Source of the DNA: Planctomycetota bacterium
Lineage (GTDB): Bacteria; Planctomycetota; PLA2; JAEUHO01
Assembly (NCBI GenBank): GCA_964228555.1
Contig: CAXQZU010000040.1
Location: forward strand, 47,511-111,510
Length of the DNA: 64,000 nt
Direction of reading: 5' to 3'
Of the stretch, positions 1 through 9,947 are shown piece by piece. Under the pieces are notes generated by a model that had not been told where the DNA came from, did not search any database, and saw only the letters and a program-made list of their open reading frames with translations. Made by a program: the position numbers and the translations under genes. Position 1 is the first letter of the stretch. Each line of letters opens with the position of its first letter.

Positions 1-1226
1 AGCGCCATGCGCAGTGCACGACGGCCTGAGGTGACGCTGCCCTCCAGCAGCAGCACGGCCCCAGCCCACGCCAGCACGAGGAAGCCCAGGCCCGTGCGCG
101 AGGGCCTCGGCACCACCGGCAGGCCGGGCGGCAGCGCCGGGTCGGGCGCGCTCGCGTCGAAGCACGTGCCCGCACGCTCCAGGCCCAGCGCGGGGCCCAC
201 GCGCCCGAGGGCGGCCGCCGCCGGCTCGCGTCCCTCGGGGCCTGCCGTGTCACGCACGTAGCCGTGGCCCAGTCCCCACTGGGCCCTGCCCCCCGCGTCC
301 ACGAGGCTTGCGCCCCGCAACGCCGCCTCCAGTCGCGGTGGCTGCGCCGCCGCATCTCGCACCAGCACGCCCCCGCCGCGTACCCACCCGGACAGGGCCT
401 CGGCATGCGACGCGGCCGCTTGCGTGTCGGGCCACGCGTCGGCGTGCACGCACGCGACGGCCACGCCCTGCAGGTCCAGTGCCTCGCGCGGTGCCACGGT
501 CGCGTGCAGCCACAGCGTCTCGAGCGCGTGCCCAAGGCCCGTCACGGCCGGCTCCAGCGTGATGCGCTCGACGGCCGGCCGCGCGGGACCGCCCAGCACC
601 AGCACCACCGGCCGGGCCACGGCCTCGCTGGGCTGCGTCACTGCGCGCCACAACCCGGGCCATGACTCGCCGGCGGCCACCAGCTGGCCCGCCACGAGGC
701 CCGGCACGGGCTCCGGCGGCGGCGGCCGGGACGGCTGCGTGTCGAGCAGCGGTGCTCGCAGGGGCTGCAGCGGCTCCGGCAGCAGCGGCAGGCCGCTGCG
801 GGCCAGCGCGAGCTCGGCCCCCCACGCCACGAGCACCACGGCGACCACGCCGCGCCGCACGCGCAGCGAGAGCCCGCCCAGCACCAGCGGGGCCAGCAGG
901 CACAGCCACCACGCCACGCCAGGCAGCACCACGCCCACCACGCCCTGCGCGCCGCCGCGGGCCAGCAGGCTGGCCGCCAGCAAGGCAGGTGCTGCCGCCA
1001 GCAGCAGCACGAGGCTGCGCAGCCACGGTGCGCGCCCCCGCTCGGCCGCGAGTCCCAGCGCGAGCACCAGCAGGCAGCAGCCCGGGATGGCCACCTGCAG
1101 GAAGCCCCGCGCGCTGCCGGGCAGCCACGGCACGGCCAGCAGGTCGAAGGCCGACAGGCCCAGCAGGGCCAGCACGACGGCCAGCACGCTGCCGGAGCGG
1201 TCGGGGCCCGGCGACGGCAGGCTCAC
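1..1226 (-). CDS. hypothetical multi-pass membrane protein with a possible class-I GATase-like soluble domain (3' end runs off the window)
   Basis: Not in the ORF track because it has no stop in the window. GTG at 1226 overlaps the ftsQ TGA (GTGA). Manual translation is open to base 1: several hydrophobic helices, then ...DLQGVAVACVHAD...EALSGWVRGGGVLV...WGLGHGYV, then another hydrophobic segment. Confidence 0.7.
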   Translation of the reverse strand, partial: MSLPSPGPDRSGSVLAVVLALLGLSAFDLLAVPWLPGSARGFLQVAIPGCCLLVLALGLAAERGRAPWLRSLVLLLAAAPALLAASLLARGGAQGVVGVVLPGVAWWLCLLAPLVLGGLSLRVRRGVVAVVLVAWGAELALARSGLPLLPEPLQPLRAPLLDTQPSRPPPPEPVPGLVAGQLVAAGESWPGLWRAVTQPSEAVARPVVLVLGGPARPAVERITLEPAVTGLGHALETLWLHATVAPREALDLQGVAVACVHADAWPDTQAAASHAEALSGWVRGGGVLVRDAAAQPPRLEAALRGASLVDAGGRAQWGLGHGYVRDTAGPEGREPAAAALGRVGPALGLERAGTCFDASAPDPALPPGLPVVPRPSRTGLGFLVLAWAGAVLLLEGSVTSGRRALRMA

Positions 1227-2158
1227 CGCGGCAGCACGGGCTCCGCGGGGAAGCGCACGTCCACGTGAGGCCGCGGGGGACCGGACTGGGCCTGCATCAG
1301 GCGCACCATCTTGCGCTCGTAGGTCTCTTCCTCCACCGAGCCGGCCAGGTCGCGTTCCGTGCGGCCCCAGTCCACGGTGGTGCCGTCGTTGAGCGTGAGC
1401 AGCACCTCGCCCATCGCGCGGTTGCCCGGCGAGGGGAAGCGCGACACGTCGATGCGGGCCACGTAGCGGCTGCGGCCCCACGCCATGTCGCGAGCCAGGC
1501 GGTCGGCCACGCGCGCGGCCTCCAGCCCCTCCGCCACCTGCTCCTTGAGGTTGTCCCACGGCACGCCGGGCACCGGCAGCGGGGCGCGGTCCACCCCGAC
1601 CAGCAAGGGCAGCGGCGCGCGGCGCTGGGCGAGGTAGCCGGCGTAGCAGCGCTCGTCGATGCGATGGCTGTCGGTGGACAGCAGCACGCAGAAGGGGCGG
1701 CCCTGCCGGTCGAGGAAGTGGGTCTGCACCCAGCACCCGGGCTCGCGCAGCACGACGCGCGCGCGCACCTTGTTGGGGAAGGCGATGCGCACGTCCTCCA
1801 CGCGCCGCACCAGCGGGTGGCGGGCCAGCACGCCTCGCGCACGCTCCTCGGCGGCCGGGTCGAACACCGACACGTCCAGCTGCAGCAGGGAGGCGTGGTG
1901 GAGCATGGCGGAGATGCGCGCATCGGCCCAGGAGGGCAGGCCCTCGAAGACGAACGAGGCGGCGCCCAGGCGGTTCTCGCGCACGGCATAGGCCTGTGCC
2001 CGGGCCTTGCCCAGCACGAGGCCGGCGCCCAGCAGCAGCACGGCCAGCAGGCCCACGCGCAGGGTGAGGCGGCCCCAGCGCGTCCCCAGCAGGACGTGGC
2101 GGCGCTTGGGGGCCTCCTCCGTCTCGGGCGGGTCGTCGGGGTCGGTCCTGCGGGCCAT
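1223..2158 (-). CDS. ftsQ: cell division protein FtsQ/DivIB-like
   Basis: Single N-terminal TM, POTRA-like segment (HPLVRRVEDVRIAFPNKVRARVVLREP), C-terminal VDVRF; usual position after murB. Confidence 0.75.
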   Translation of the reverse strand: MARRTDPDDPPETEEAPKRRHVLLGTRWGRLTLRVGLLAVLLLGAGLVLGKARAQAYAVRENRLGAASFVFEGLPSWADARISAMLHHASLLQLDVSVFDPAAEERARGVLARHPLVRRVEDVRIAFPNKVRARVVLREPGCWVQTHFLDRQGRPFCVLLSTDSHRIDERCYAGYLAQRRAPLPLLVGVDRAPLPVPGVPWDNLKEQVAEGLEAARVADRLARDMAWGRSRYVARIDVSRFPSPGNRAMGEVLLTLNDGTTVDWGRTERDLAGSVEEETYERKMVRLMQAQSGPPRPHVDVRFPAEPVLPR

Positions 2159-2342
2159 GGAAGGTCACTTCCCTCGGGGAGAGGCGTGCATGGGGCACGG
2201 GCCCGGGGCCCGGCCGCACCCCCCTAGGGTCGGCTCCCCCCGGGAGGCCCTGAACCGGGGCCGGCGGCGCACGGCGGGCGGGGATGCCTACCTTCGGCCT
2301 ACCTGCCGTGCCACGGCGGGGCGGGCGGGGCCCGCCCCGGCC

Positions 2343-3251
2343 CTAGGCCGGCCCGGCAGGGGCGCCCCAGCAGCACACCTCTCGCTCCAGCGTGACGCCA
2401 TGCACGGCGCGCACGCGCGCCACCACCTCCGCGGCCAGCGCCTCGATGTCGGCGCTCGTGGCCGTGCCCGTGTTGATGAGGAAGTTGGCGTGCAGCACCG
2501 ACACCTGGGCACCGCCCACCTGCAACCCCTTGAGCCCCGCCGTGTCGATGAGCAGGCCCGCGGGACGCGCGCCCGTGGGGCCGTCGGGGTTCTTGAACAT
2601 GCAGCCGGCACTCGCGGCCGCCAGCGGCTGCGTGGACTGCTTCCACGTGCGCGCGCGCACCAGCAGGTCATGCTGTGCTGCGCGGTCCAGCGCGCGGTCG
2701 CGACGGAAGGTGGCGCCCGTGATCACGCAGCCCGCGAAGGGGCTGCGGCGGTAGCCGAAGTCCGCCGGGCCCACCCCGCGCCGGAAGGGCTCGCCCCGCG
2801 CGTCCACGCCCCGCACCTCCACCAGCGCCTCGCCCACCCAGCCGAAGCGACCGCCGGCGTTCATGAACACGACCCCGCCCACCTGGCCCGGGATGCCGGG
2901 GCAGCCGGGCAGCGCGGGGATCCCCAGCGCCACGCTCTGCCGCACGAGGTCGGGGAAGGGATGCCCGGCAGCGGCCTCCACGGCCTCCTCGCGCACCGCC
3001 ACGCCACGCAGGGCGCGCATCGAGAGCACGGCGCCCTCCACGCGGCCGTCGTGCACGAGCAGGTTGCAGCCCCCGCCAAGCACGCGCAGCGGCACGCCGC
3101 GCTCGCGGCAGGCACGCACCACCGCGGCCACCTCGTCCTCCGAGGCCGGCGTGAACAGGAAGTCCGGCGTGCCGCCCACGCCCAGCGAGGTCAGGCCGGC
3201 CAGCCGCGTGGCCGCTGCCCTGGCCTCATCGAAGCTGGGGCGCGAGGCCAC
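2343..3251 (-). CDS. murB: UDP-N-acetylenolpyruvoylglucosamine reductase
   Basis: LGGGCNLLV, GIPGQVGG..MNAG, FGYRRS, SAGCMFKNP, HANFLIN, LEREV motifs; GTG start at 3251 inferred. Confidence 0.95.
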   Translation of the reverse strand: MASRPSFDEARAAATRLAGLTSLGVGGTPDFLFTPASEDEVAAVVRACRERGVPLRVLGGGCNLLVHDGRVEGAVLSMRALRGVAVREEAVEAAAGHPFPDLVRQSVALGIPALPGCPGIPGQVGGVVFMNAGGRFGWVGEALVEVRGVDARGEPFRRGVGPADFGYRRSPFAGCVITGATFRRDRALDRAAQHDLLVRARTWKQSTQPLAAASAGCMFKNPDGPTGARPAGLLIDTAGLKGLQVGGAQVSVLHANFLINTGTATSADIEALAAEVVARVRAVHGVTLEREVCCWGAPAGPA

Positions 3252-4701
3252 CGTCGATCCCCTCGGCGATGCGCCGCGCCACGGCATCCACGTCTCCCGC
3301 GCCCATGGTCACCAGCACGTCGCCGGTGCGCACCTGCGCCAGCGCATGCGCGGCCAGGGCATCCAGGCCCGGCACCGTCGCGGCCTGCCCGCCCTCGCGG
3401 CGCACGGCAGCCGCGAGGTCCTCGGAGGTGACGCTGCGGCGCTCCTCCTCGCTGTCGCGCGCGAAGTAGATGGGCGGCAGCCACGCGGCGTCGGCCCCGG
3501 CCAGCGCACGCGCGAAGTCCTGCAGCAGGCAGCGCGTGCGGCTCGCCTGGTGGGGCTGGAACAGCACCACGATGCGCCGGCCGGCATGGCGGCTGCGCAG
3601 CGCCTGCAGCACGGCACGGATCTCCGCAGGGTGGTGGCCATAGTCGTCCAGCACGAGCACGCCACGGCGGTCGGCCACCTGCTCGAGGCGCCGGCCCACG
3701 CCCGCGAAGGCCGCCAGCCCGGCGCGCGCCTCCTCGAAGGACAGGCCCACGGCCTCCAGGGCCGCCAGCGCGGCCGTCGCGTTGAGCGCGTTGTGCATCC
3801 CCAGCAGCGGGATGCCCGCCTCGCCCCGGCGCTCGCCCGCGTGCCACACGTCGAAGGCGATGCCGGGCGCGTCGCGCCGGACCCGCACGTCGCGCACCGT
3901 CCACAGCGACTCGTCGCGCACGCCGTAGGTCTGCAGCCTGGCCTTGAGGCGTGGGTCGCGGCGGAACACGTCGGCGAAGTCCTCGTGCACCACCAACACC
4001 CCGTGGGCGGGCAGGCGCGCGGCGAAGACGCGGAAGGACTCCTCGATCTCGGCGAGGTCGCGGTAGTAGTCGAGGTGGTCCTCGTCGATGTTGGTGACGA
4101 TGGCCACCGTGGGCCGGTGCTGGTGGAACGAGCGGTCGAACTCGCAGGACTCGGCCACGAACGCCGGGCCGCGCCCCGCGTGGGCCCCGGTGCCGGTGGC
4201 CCCCACCACGCCCCCCACCACGAAGGAGGGATCGCGCCCGGCGTGCAGCAGCGCCGTGGCCACCAGCGACGAGGTCGTGGTCTTGCCATGGCAGCCGGCC
4301 ACGCAGATGGCCTGGTGCCCCTCCATCAGGGCTCCCAGCACCTGGGCGTAGGTGATCACCGGCACGCCGCGCGCGTGCGCCGCCGCGACCTGCGGGTGGG
4401 AGGGCGGCACGGCCGCCGAGCGCACGAGCAGGTCGAGGGCGGCAGGCAGGTCGCCGGGTGCATCACCCGGGGTGACCCGCACGCCCAGGGCGGCCAGCGC
4501 AGCACACCGCGCACCCGGCGCACGGTCGCTGCCGGCCACGGCGAGCCCGCGGGCCCGCAGCAGCCGCGCCGCACCGCTGGTGCCCGTGCCCTCCAGCCCC
4601 ACCAGGAACACGCTGCGCACCGCCGTCAGTGCGGGCACGAACGCACCCGGGACGCCAGCAGCCGAGGCCTGGGGCGTGGGGGCGGGCATCGTGGACCTCA
4701 T
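3226..4701 (-). CDS. murC: UDP-N-acetylmuramate--L-alanine ligase
   Basis: AGCHGKTTTSS, VAESCEFDRSF, TNIDEDHLDYY, DDYGHHPAEI, FQPH, TMGAGD. Confidence 0.95.
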   Translation of the reverse strand: MRSTMPAPTPQASAAGVPGAFVPALTAVRSVFLVGLEGTGTSGAARLLRARGLAVAGSDRAPGARCAALAALGVRVTPGDAPGDLPAALDLLVRSAAVPPSHPQVAAAHARGVPVITYAQVLGALMEGHQAICVAGCHGKTTTSSLVATALLHAGRDPSFVVGGVVGATGTGAHAGRGPAFVAESCEFDRSFHQHRPTVAIVTNIDEDHLDYYRDLAEIEESFRVFAARLPAHGVLVVHEDFADVFRRDPRLKARLQTYGVRDESLWTVRDVRVRRDAPGIAFDVWHAGERRGEAGIPLLGMHNALNATAALAALEAVGLSFEEARAGLAAFAGVGRRLEQVADRRGVLVLDDYGHHPAEIRAVLQALRSRHAGRRIVVLFQPHQASRTRCLLQDFARALAGADAAWLPPIYFARDSEEERRSVTSEDLAAAVRREGGQAATVPGLDALAAHALAQVRTGDVLVTMGAGDVDAVARRIAEGIDGGLAPQLR

Positions 4702-4808
4702 CTTCGGCCTCGCTCCGACAGCAGCGCAGGCCTCCTTGGGGATCGGCAGGTGCAGCGCAGGCCTTCACGCCCTGCGGGGCGCGCTGCGCGCACCCTCGCC
4801 TCTCGCGC

Positions 4809-5927
4809 TCAGCCGCGGCGCAGTGCGAGCAGGTCGTCGGCGATGGTGCCCGCGGCGTCGGCTTGCACCTGCTGGACGGCCCTCCCCATCGCGGCCCGGC
4901 GCGGGGCGTCCAGCAGCAGGCCCAGCACCTGCTCGCGCACCGCCTGCGGGGTGAGCGACGCCTCCTCCAGCACCAGCGCACCGCCCCGGGCCGCCAGGCG
5001 CCCCGCGTTGAGGTGCTGCTGGCGGTCCACGTGGTGCGGGTAGGGCACCAGCACGCTGGGCACGCCCAGCGCCTCGATCTCGGCGCAGGTGAGCGCACCC
5101 GCCCGGCTCACCAGCAGGTCGGCGGTGCGGTAGGCCGTGCCCATGTCGTGGACGAAGGGCACCACCTGCGCCCGCACGCCGGCAGCCCGCCAGCCTTCCT
5201 CGATGCCCTCGCCCGCCCCGCCCACGGAGTGCAGCACCTGCAGGCGAGCCGCCAGCGCAGGGTCGGCCTCCACCGCCCCGGCCACGCCGCGCACCATGGC
5301 CTCGTTGAGCGCCCGGGCGCCGAGGCTGCCGCCCACCACCAGCAAGGTCAGGCGGCCCTCCTCGAGGCCCAGCCGGGCCGGGTCGCGCACGGCGGCGCGC
5401 AGGGCGGGCCGCACCACCGGGCCCGTCACCCGCACCCGGCCCGCGGGCAGTCGTCGCGCTGCCTCGGGGTGGGCCACGTAGCTGCGGCGGGCCAGCGGCG
5501 CCAGCGCCCGCACCACCACGCCCGGCACCAGGTCGGAGGCCAGCAACGCCAGCGGCGTGCCGCGGGCCAGCGCGGCCAGCGCGGCCGGCACGCAGGGCCA
5601 GCCGCCCAGCGCCAGCACCGCCGGCGGCCGCTCGCGGTGCAGCCGTCGCACGCCCTCGCCCACCGCACGCGCCATGCGCGGCACGAAGCGCAGCGCCTCC
5701 CCCAGCGTGCGCGGCCGGCGCGGCGCAGGCAGGTGCGCCACGGGCGGCGAGCCGGGCGGGAACCAGGCCGCCTCGCGCGCCTCGCCGGGCGTCACGAAGA
5801 CGGCCCCCTGCCCGCGCGCCTCCAGCGCGGAGGCGATGGCGAAGCCGGGTGCGAGGTGGCCCACGGTGCCGCCCCCCGCCAGCCAGGCGGCCCCGCGACG
5901 CCGGCGAGCGGGCCCGGCGGCGCTCAC
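4809..5927 (-). CDS. murG: undecaprenyl-PP-MurNAc-pentapeptide GlcNAc transferase
   Basis: GGGTVGHLAPG, GGSLGARALN, SRAGALTCAEI, QQHLNA; GTG start overlaps the ftsW TGA. Confidence 0.93.
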   Translation of the reverse strand: MSAAGPARRRRGAAWLAGGGTVGHLAPGFAIASALEARGQGAVFVTPGEAREAAWFPPGSPPVAHLPAPRRPRTLGEALRFVPRMARAVGEGVRRLHRERPPAVLALGGWPCVPAALAALARGTPLALLASDLVPGVVVRALAPLARRSYVAHPEAARRLPAGRVRVTGPVVRPALRAAVRDPARLGLEEGRLTLLVVGGSLGARALNEAMVRGVAGAVEADPALAARLQVLHSVGGAGEGIEEGWRAAGVRAQVVPFVHDMGTAYRTADLLVSRAGALTCAEIEALGVPSVLVPYPHHVDRQQHLNAGRLAARGGALVLEEASLTPQAVREQVLGLLLDAPRRAAMGRAVQQVQADAAGTIADDLLALRRG

Positions 5928-7093
5928 CCGAGGTCGGGGTCGGCCGCGGCCGAGGCGGCGCGGCGCGAGACGTTCACCAGCAAGCCCACGCAGGCCATCA
6001 TCAGCACGAGGTTGCTGCCCCCGACGCTGATGAAGGGCAGCGGGATGCCCTTGGTGGGCACGCTGTTGGTCACCACGGCCAGGTTCCACGCCGCCTGGAA
6101 GGCGATCACGAAGCCCGCGCCGCCCGCGAGGTAGACGGCCTGCGGCGACAGGGCGCGCGCGCCCAGCGTGATCTTGCGCGCATGCCAGGCGATGCCCATG
6201 AAGGCGGCGATGACCGCGGCGCAGCCCAGGAAGCCCAGTTCCTCGCCGATCACGGCCGCGATGAAGTCCGTGTTGCTCTCGGGCAGGTAGTAGAGCTTCT
6301 GCGTGCCCTCGCCCAGCCCGCGGCCCAGCAAGCCGCCGCTGCCGATGGCCAGCAAGGACTCCTTGACCTGCGTGCCGCCCGCGTCGGCGCCGCCCAGCCA
6401 CATGTCCACGCGCCGCTGCACGTGCGGGAACTTGAGCCACGCGACCACCAGCAGGATCGGGACGGCCGCCAGCATCGAGGGCCCCAGCCGCGAGGGCCTC
6501 ACGCCCGCGAGGGCCAGCAGCACGAGGCACTCGGCCACCAGGAACATGCTGGTGCCCAGGTCGGGCTGCACGAAGACCAGGCCCACGCCCAGCAGCACCG
6601 GAAGCAGCACGGGCAGGCTGGGCGCGGACGGGTCGAAGGAGGCCCGCCGCTCGCGCCTGGCCAGCGCATCCGAGAGGTAGAGCAGCAACGAGAGCTTGAG
6701 CAGCTCGCTGGGCTGGAAGCGCAGGCCCGCGAGGCTCACCCAGCGCCGGCTGCCGTTGACGCTCACGCCCATCACCATCGTCACGACCAGCAGCACGATC
6801 ACGGTCGTGAGCAGCGGCTTGCTCCAGCGCCCCAGCGTCTCCAGCGGCACGCGAGCCATGCAGGCACAGGCCAGCCCGGCCAGCAGGGCCCACGCCGCCT
6901 GCTTGAGCAGCACGCTGTTGGGATCGTGCCCCACGCCCGCCAGGCGGGCGCTGCTGCTGCTGTAGATCATCACGAGGCCCAGCGCCACCAGCGCCGCCGA
7001 CAGGCCCGCCACGCGCCGGCCGGCCGCCAGCAGGTCGCGCCCGGGCGGCACGCACGCCGTCTTCCCCAGCCAGCCCTGTGCCACGAATGCCAT
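5924..7093 (-). CDS. ftsW: SEDS peptidoglycan polymerase FtsW
   Basis: GLVMIYSSS, NGSRRW, FQPSELLK, QPDLGT, YLPESNTDFI..EELG, PTKGIPLPFISVGGS. Confidence 0.95.
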   Translation of the reverse strand: MAFVAQGWLGKTACVPPGRDLLAAGRRVAGLSAALVALGLVMIYSSSSARLAGVGHDPNSVLLKQAAWALLAGLACACMARVPLETLGRWSKPLLTTVIVLLVVTMVMGVSVNGSRRWVSLAGLRFQPSELLKLSLLLYLSDALARRERRASFDPSAPSLPVLLPVLLGVGLVFVQPDLGTSMFLVAECLVLLALAGVRPSRLGPSMLAAVPILLVVAWLKFPHVQRRVDMWLGGADAGGTQVKESLLAIGSGGLLGRGLGEGTQKLYYLPESNTDFIAAVIGEELGFLGCAAVIAAFMGIAWHARKITLGARALSPQAVYLAGGAGFVIAFQAAWNLAVVTNSVPTKGIPLPFISVGGSNLVLMMACVGLLVNVSRRAASAAADPDLG

Positions 7094-7097
7094 GGGA

Positions 7098-8453
7098 TCA
7101 CCTCAGCTTGAGCGTCGCCAGCGCAGCGACGACGAAGATGACGCTGACGATCCAGAAGCGGATCGTCACCTTGTTCTCGTGCAGGCCCAGGCGCTGGAAG
7201 TGGTGGTGCACCGGGGCGCACAGGAACCAGCGCTTGCCTTGGGGCGTGGGCTCGCCCCGGCGGGCGGCCGCGCGGCGCGTGAGCTTGAACCACGAGCGCT
7301 GCCAGATGACCGACAGCGCCTCGACGACGAAGATGCCGCCGGCCACCAGCAGCGTGAGCTCGTGGCGCAGGGCCACGGCCAGCACGCCCAGGAACCCGCC
7401 GATGGAGAGCGAGCCCGTGTCGCCCATGAACACCGAGGCCGGGTAGGCGTTGAACCACAGGAAGCCCAGCGAGCCCCCCACCAGCGCGGCGGCGAGGATG
7501 GCCAGCTCGGCTCCCTCCGGCACGTGGAACAGGTAGAGCTCGCGCGCCAGCACGGCGCTGCCCACCACGTAGCCCACCACCACGAAGGCGGTCGCCACCG
7601 TGGCCGTCACGCCGATGGCCAGGCCGTCGAGGCCATCGGTGAGGTTGACCGCATTGCTGGCGCCCACGATGACGAGGATGCCCAGCGGGATGAACAGCAG
7701 GCCCAGGTCCAGGCAGAAGCGCTTCGAGAAGGGCACCTGCAGGTCGGCACGGTGGTAGGTGCCCGCCGGCGCCGGCAGGCGCACCGTGCGGCCCTCGGTC
7801 AGCGGCTCGGGCCGGCCGGCCGCGTCCAGCCGGCCGTTCATCGACGCCAGCTCGCGGCCCCGGGCGGCATCACCCATCCAGCGCGCGGCCAGCGTGTCCC
7901 AGGTGTCGCCCCGCGCCGCCCGCGCCACCGGGTAGGGATCGGGCTGCCAGGAAGGCCCGCGCAGCCACGCGCGGCCCTCCTGCGCACACCCCACGGCGTA
8001 GAGCGCGGTGATGGCCGCGCCGCTGATCAGCAGCTGTCCCACCAGCTTCTGGCGCTCGCTCATGCCCTCGCCCTTGCGGTGCGTGAGCTTCTTCCAGTCG
8101 TCCATCGCGCCCAGCGCGCCGAACAGCAGGAAGGACACGATCACGATCCAGGTCTGCGGCAGGTCCAGCCGCATGAAGAGCAGGCCCGAGAGGGCCACGC
8201 CCACCAGCAGGATGACGCCGCCCATCGTGGGCACCGACTCCTTGGCCTTGCGCTCGGCGTCCACGTGCTCGCTGCCGGTGGGGCTGAAGCCCGCCAGCTT
8301 GCGCTTGCGCAAGGACTCGACGATGCCCGGGCCCACGATGGTGGCCACGAGGAAGGCCAGCACGGCCGCGAAGGCCGCCCGGAAGGTGGCGTACTCGATG
8401 ATGCGCAACGCGCTCACCGAGTCCTTGAACTGGACCAGCAGGTGGTAGATCAC
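7098..8453 (-). CDS. mraY: phospho-N-acetylmuramoyl-pentapeptide transferase with an inserted LysM-like domain
   Basis: PTMGG, DDWKK, NAVNLTDGLDGL, FMGDTGS, APVHHHF. GTG start at 8453 follows GAGGAGG. About 80 extra residues lie after TM4. Confidence 0.95.
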   Translation of the reverse strand: MIYHLLVQFKDSVSALRIIEYATFRAAFAAVLAFLVATIVGPGIVESLRKRKLAGFSPTGSEHVDAERKAKESVPTMGGVILLVGVALSGLLFMRLDLPQTWIVIVSFLLFGALGAMDDWKKLTHRKGEGMSERQKLVGQLLISGAAITALYAVGCAQEGRAWLRGPSWQPDPYPVARAARGDTWDTLAARWMGDAARGRELASMNGRLDAAGRPEPLTEGRTVRLPAPAGTYHRADLQVPFSKRFCLDLGLLFIPLGILVIVGASNAVNLTDGLDGLAIGVTATVATAFVVVGYVVGSAVLARELYLFHVPEGAELAILAAALVGGSLGFLWFNAYPASVFMGDTGSLSIGGFLGVLAVALRHELTLLVAGGIFVVEALSVIWQRSWFKLTRRAAARRGEPTPQGKRWFLCAPVHHHFQRLGLHENKVTIRFWIVSVIFVVAALATLKLR

Positions 8454-8504
8454 GGGCGCCAGCCCTCCTCGCACGCCCTCGCAGGGGCGGCCCTGGACAT
8501 GGGA

Positions 8505-9932
8505 CTAGCCGGGCCGCGAGCCGAGCCGACGCGGCGCCGGCGCGGCGCCGGCGTCCTCGCTGGCGAGGTGCTTGCGCACCGCCTCCAGCACGCGCTCGAG
8601 GGCCATGCCCCGCGAGCCCTTGAAGAGCCAGGTGTCGCCGGCCTGCGCCTCGAAGGCGAGCTCGGCCAGCGCGTCGGCGGTGCTGGCATGGTGGCGCACG
8701 TGCTCGGCGGGCATGCCGGCCCGCACGGCCTCCTCGGCCACCAGCGCGGCGCTGGGCCCGATGGCCCAGAGCAGGTCCACCCGCGCGTGGGCCACCTTGC
8801 GGCCCAGCGAGCGGTGGTGGCGCTCCGACTCCGTGCCCAGCTCCAGCATCTCGCCCAGCACGGCCACGCGACGCCCGCCCGTGCCGCGCTGGCCCAGCTC
8901 GTTGAGGGCGGCCTCCATCGCGCGCGGGTTGGCGTTGTAGGCGTCGTTGACGAGCGTCACGCCCCCCACCACCTCGCGCGCCATGCGCATGGGCGGCGGC
9001 TGCACGCGGGCCAGCGCGTCGCGCACGGCCAGCGGCGACTGCCCCAGCCACAGGCCGGTGGCCACCGCAGCCAGCGCGTTGGCCACGTTGTAGAGCCCCA
9101 GCACCGGCACCTCGAACAGCATCTTCCCGTACAGCCAGAAGGCGATGCCCGTCTCCGTGGCGTGCACGTCCAGCCCGTAGATGTCGCTGTCCTCCCAGGT
9201 GCCGTAGGTCAGCAGGTGGCAGTCCACGCGCTCCATCATCTCGCGGCACCAGTAGTTGTCGGCGTTGATGATGGCCGCGCCGTCGTGCGGCAGGGCGCGC
9301 ACCAGCGCGCTCTTCTCCTCCATCACGCCGCGCACGCTGCCCAAGCCCTCGAGGTGCACCTCCTCCACGCAGGTGACGATGCCCACCGTGGGCCGCGCGA
9401 TGGAGGCGAGGTGGGCGATCTCGCCCGGCGCGTTGGTGCCGATCTCCACCACGCACGCCCGCGTGTGGCGGTCCATCTGCAGCAAGGTGAGCGGCACGCC
9501 GATGTCGTTGTTGTAGGACGCCGGGCTGGCGACCACGTCGCGGCCCAGCACGCTGCGCACCATCTCCTTGGTCGTGGTCTTGCCGCACGAGCCGGTGATG
9601 CCCACCACCGGCACGCTGAAGCGGCTGCGGTGCCAGCGGGCCAGGTCGCCCAGCGCCTTCGTGGTGTCGGGCACCACGATGGCGTGGGCCGGCAGGCGCG
9701 CCAGCCCCGCGTCACGCGCCACCAGCGCGAAGCCGGCGCCGTTGAGGAAGGCCTGCTCGAGGAACTCGTGACCGTCGCGGCTCTTGCCACGCAGCGGCAC
9801 GAACAGCGCGCCCGCAGGCACGTTGCGCCCGTCGATGGTCACTGCCGGGACGAGCGGGTCGCCCACCACGCCGTCGCCGGCGGGGACGCCGCCGGTGGCA
9901 CGCAGGATGTCGGAGTAGCGGATGGGTTCCAT
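8505..9932 (-). CDS. murF: UDP-MurNAc-tripeptide--D-Ala-D-Ala ligase
   Basis: ITGSCGKTTTKEM, SYNNDIGVPLT, NDAYNANP, GEMLELG, KGSRG. Confidence 0.95.
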   Translation of the reverse strand: MEPIRYSDILRATGGVPAGDGVVGDPLVPAVTIDGRNVPAGALFVPLRGKSRDGHEFLEQAFLNGAGFALVARDAGLARLPAHAIVVPDTTKALGDLARWHRSRFSVPVVGITGSCGKTTTKEMVRSVLGRDVVASPASYNNDIGVPLTLLQMDRHTRACVVEIGTNAPGEIAHLASIARPTVGIVTCVEEVHLEGLGSVRGVMEEKSALVRALPHDGAAIINADNYWCREMMERVDCHLLTYGTWEDSDIYGLDVHATETGIAFWLYGKMLFEVPVLGLYNVANALAAVATGLWLGQSPLAVRDALARVQPPPMRMAREVVGGVTLVNDAYNANPRAMEAALNELGQRGTGGRRVAVLGEMLELGTESERHHRSLGRKVAHARVDLLWAIGPSAALVAEEAVRAGMPAEHVRHHASTADALAELAFEAQAGDTWLFKGSRGMALERVLEAVRKHLASEDAGAAPAPRRLGSRPG

Positions 9933-9947
9933 GGCGTTCCTCGCGTT

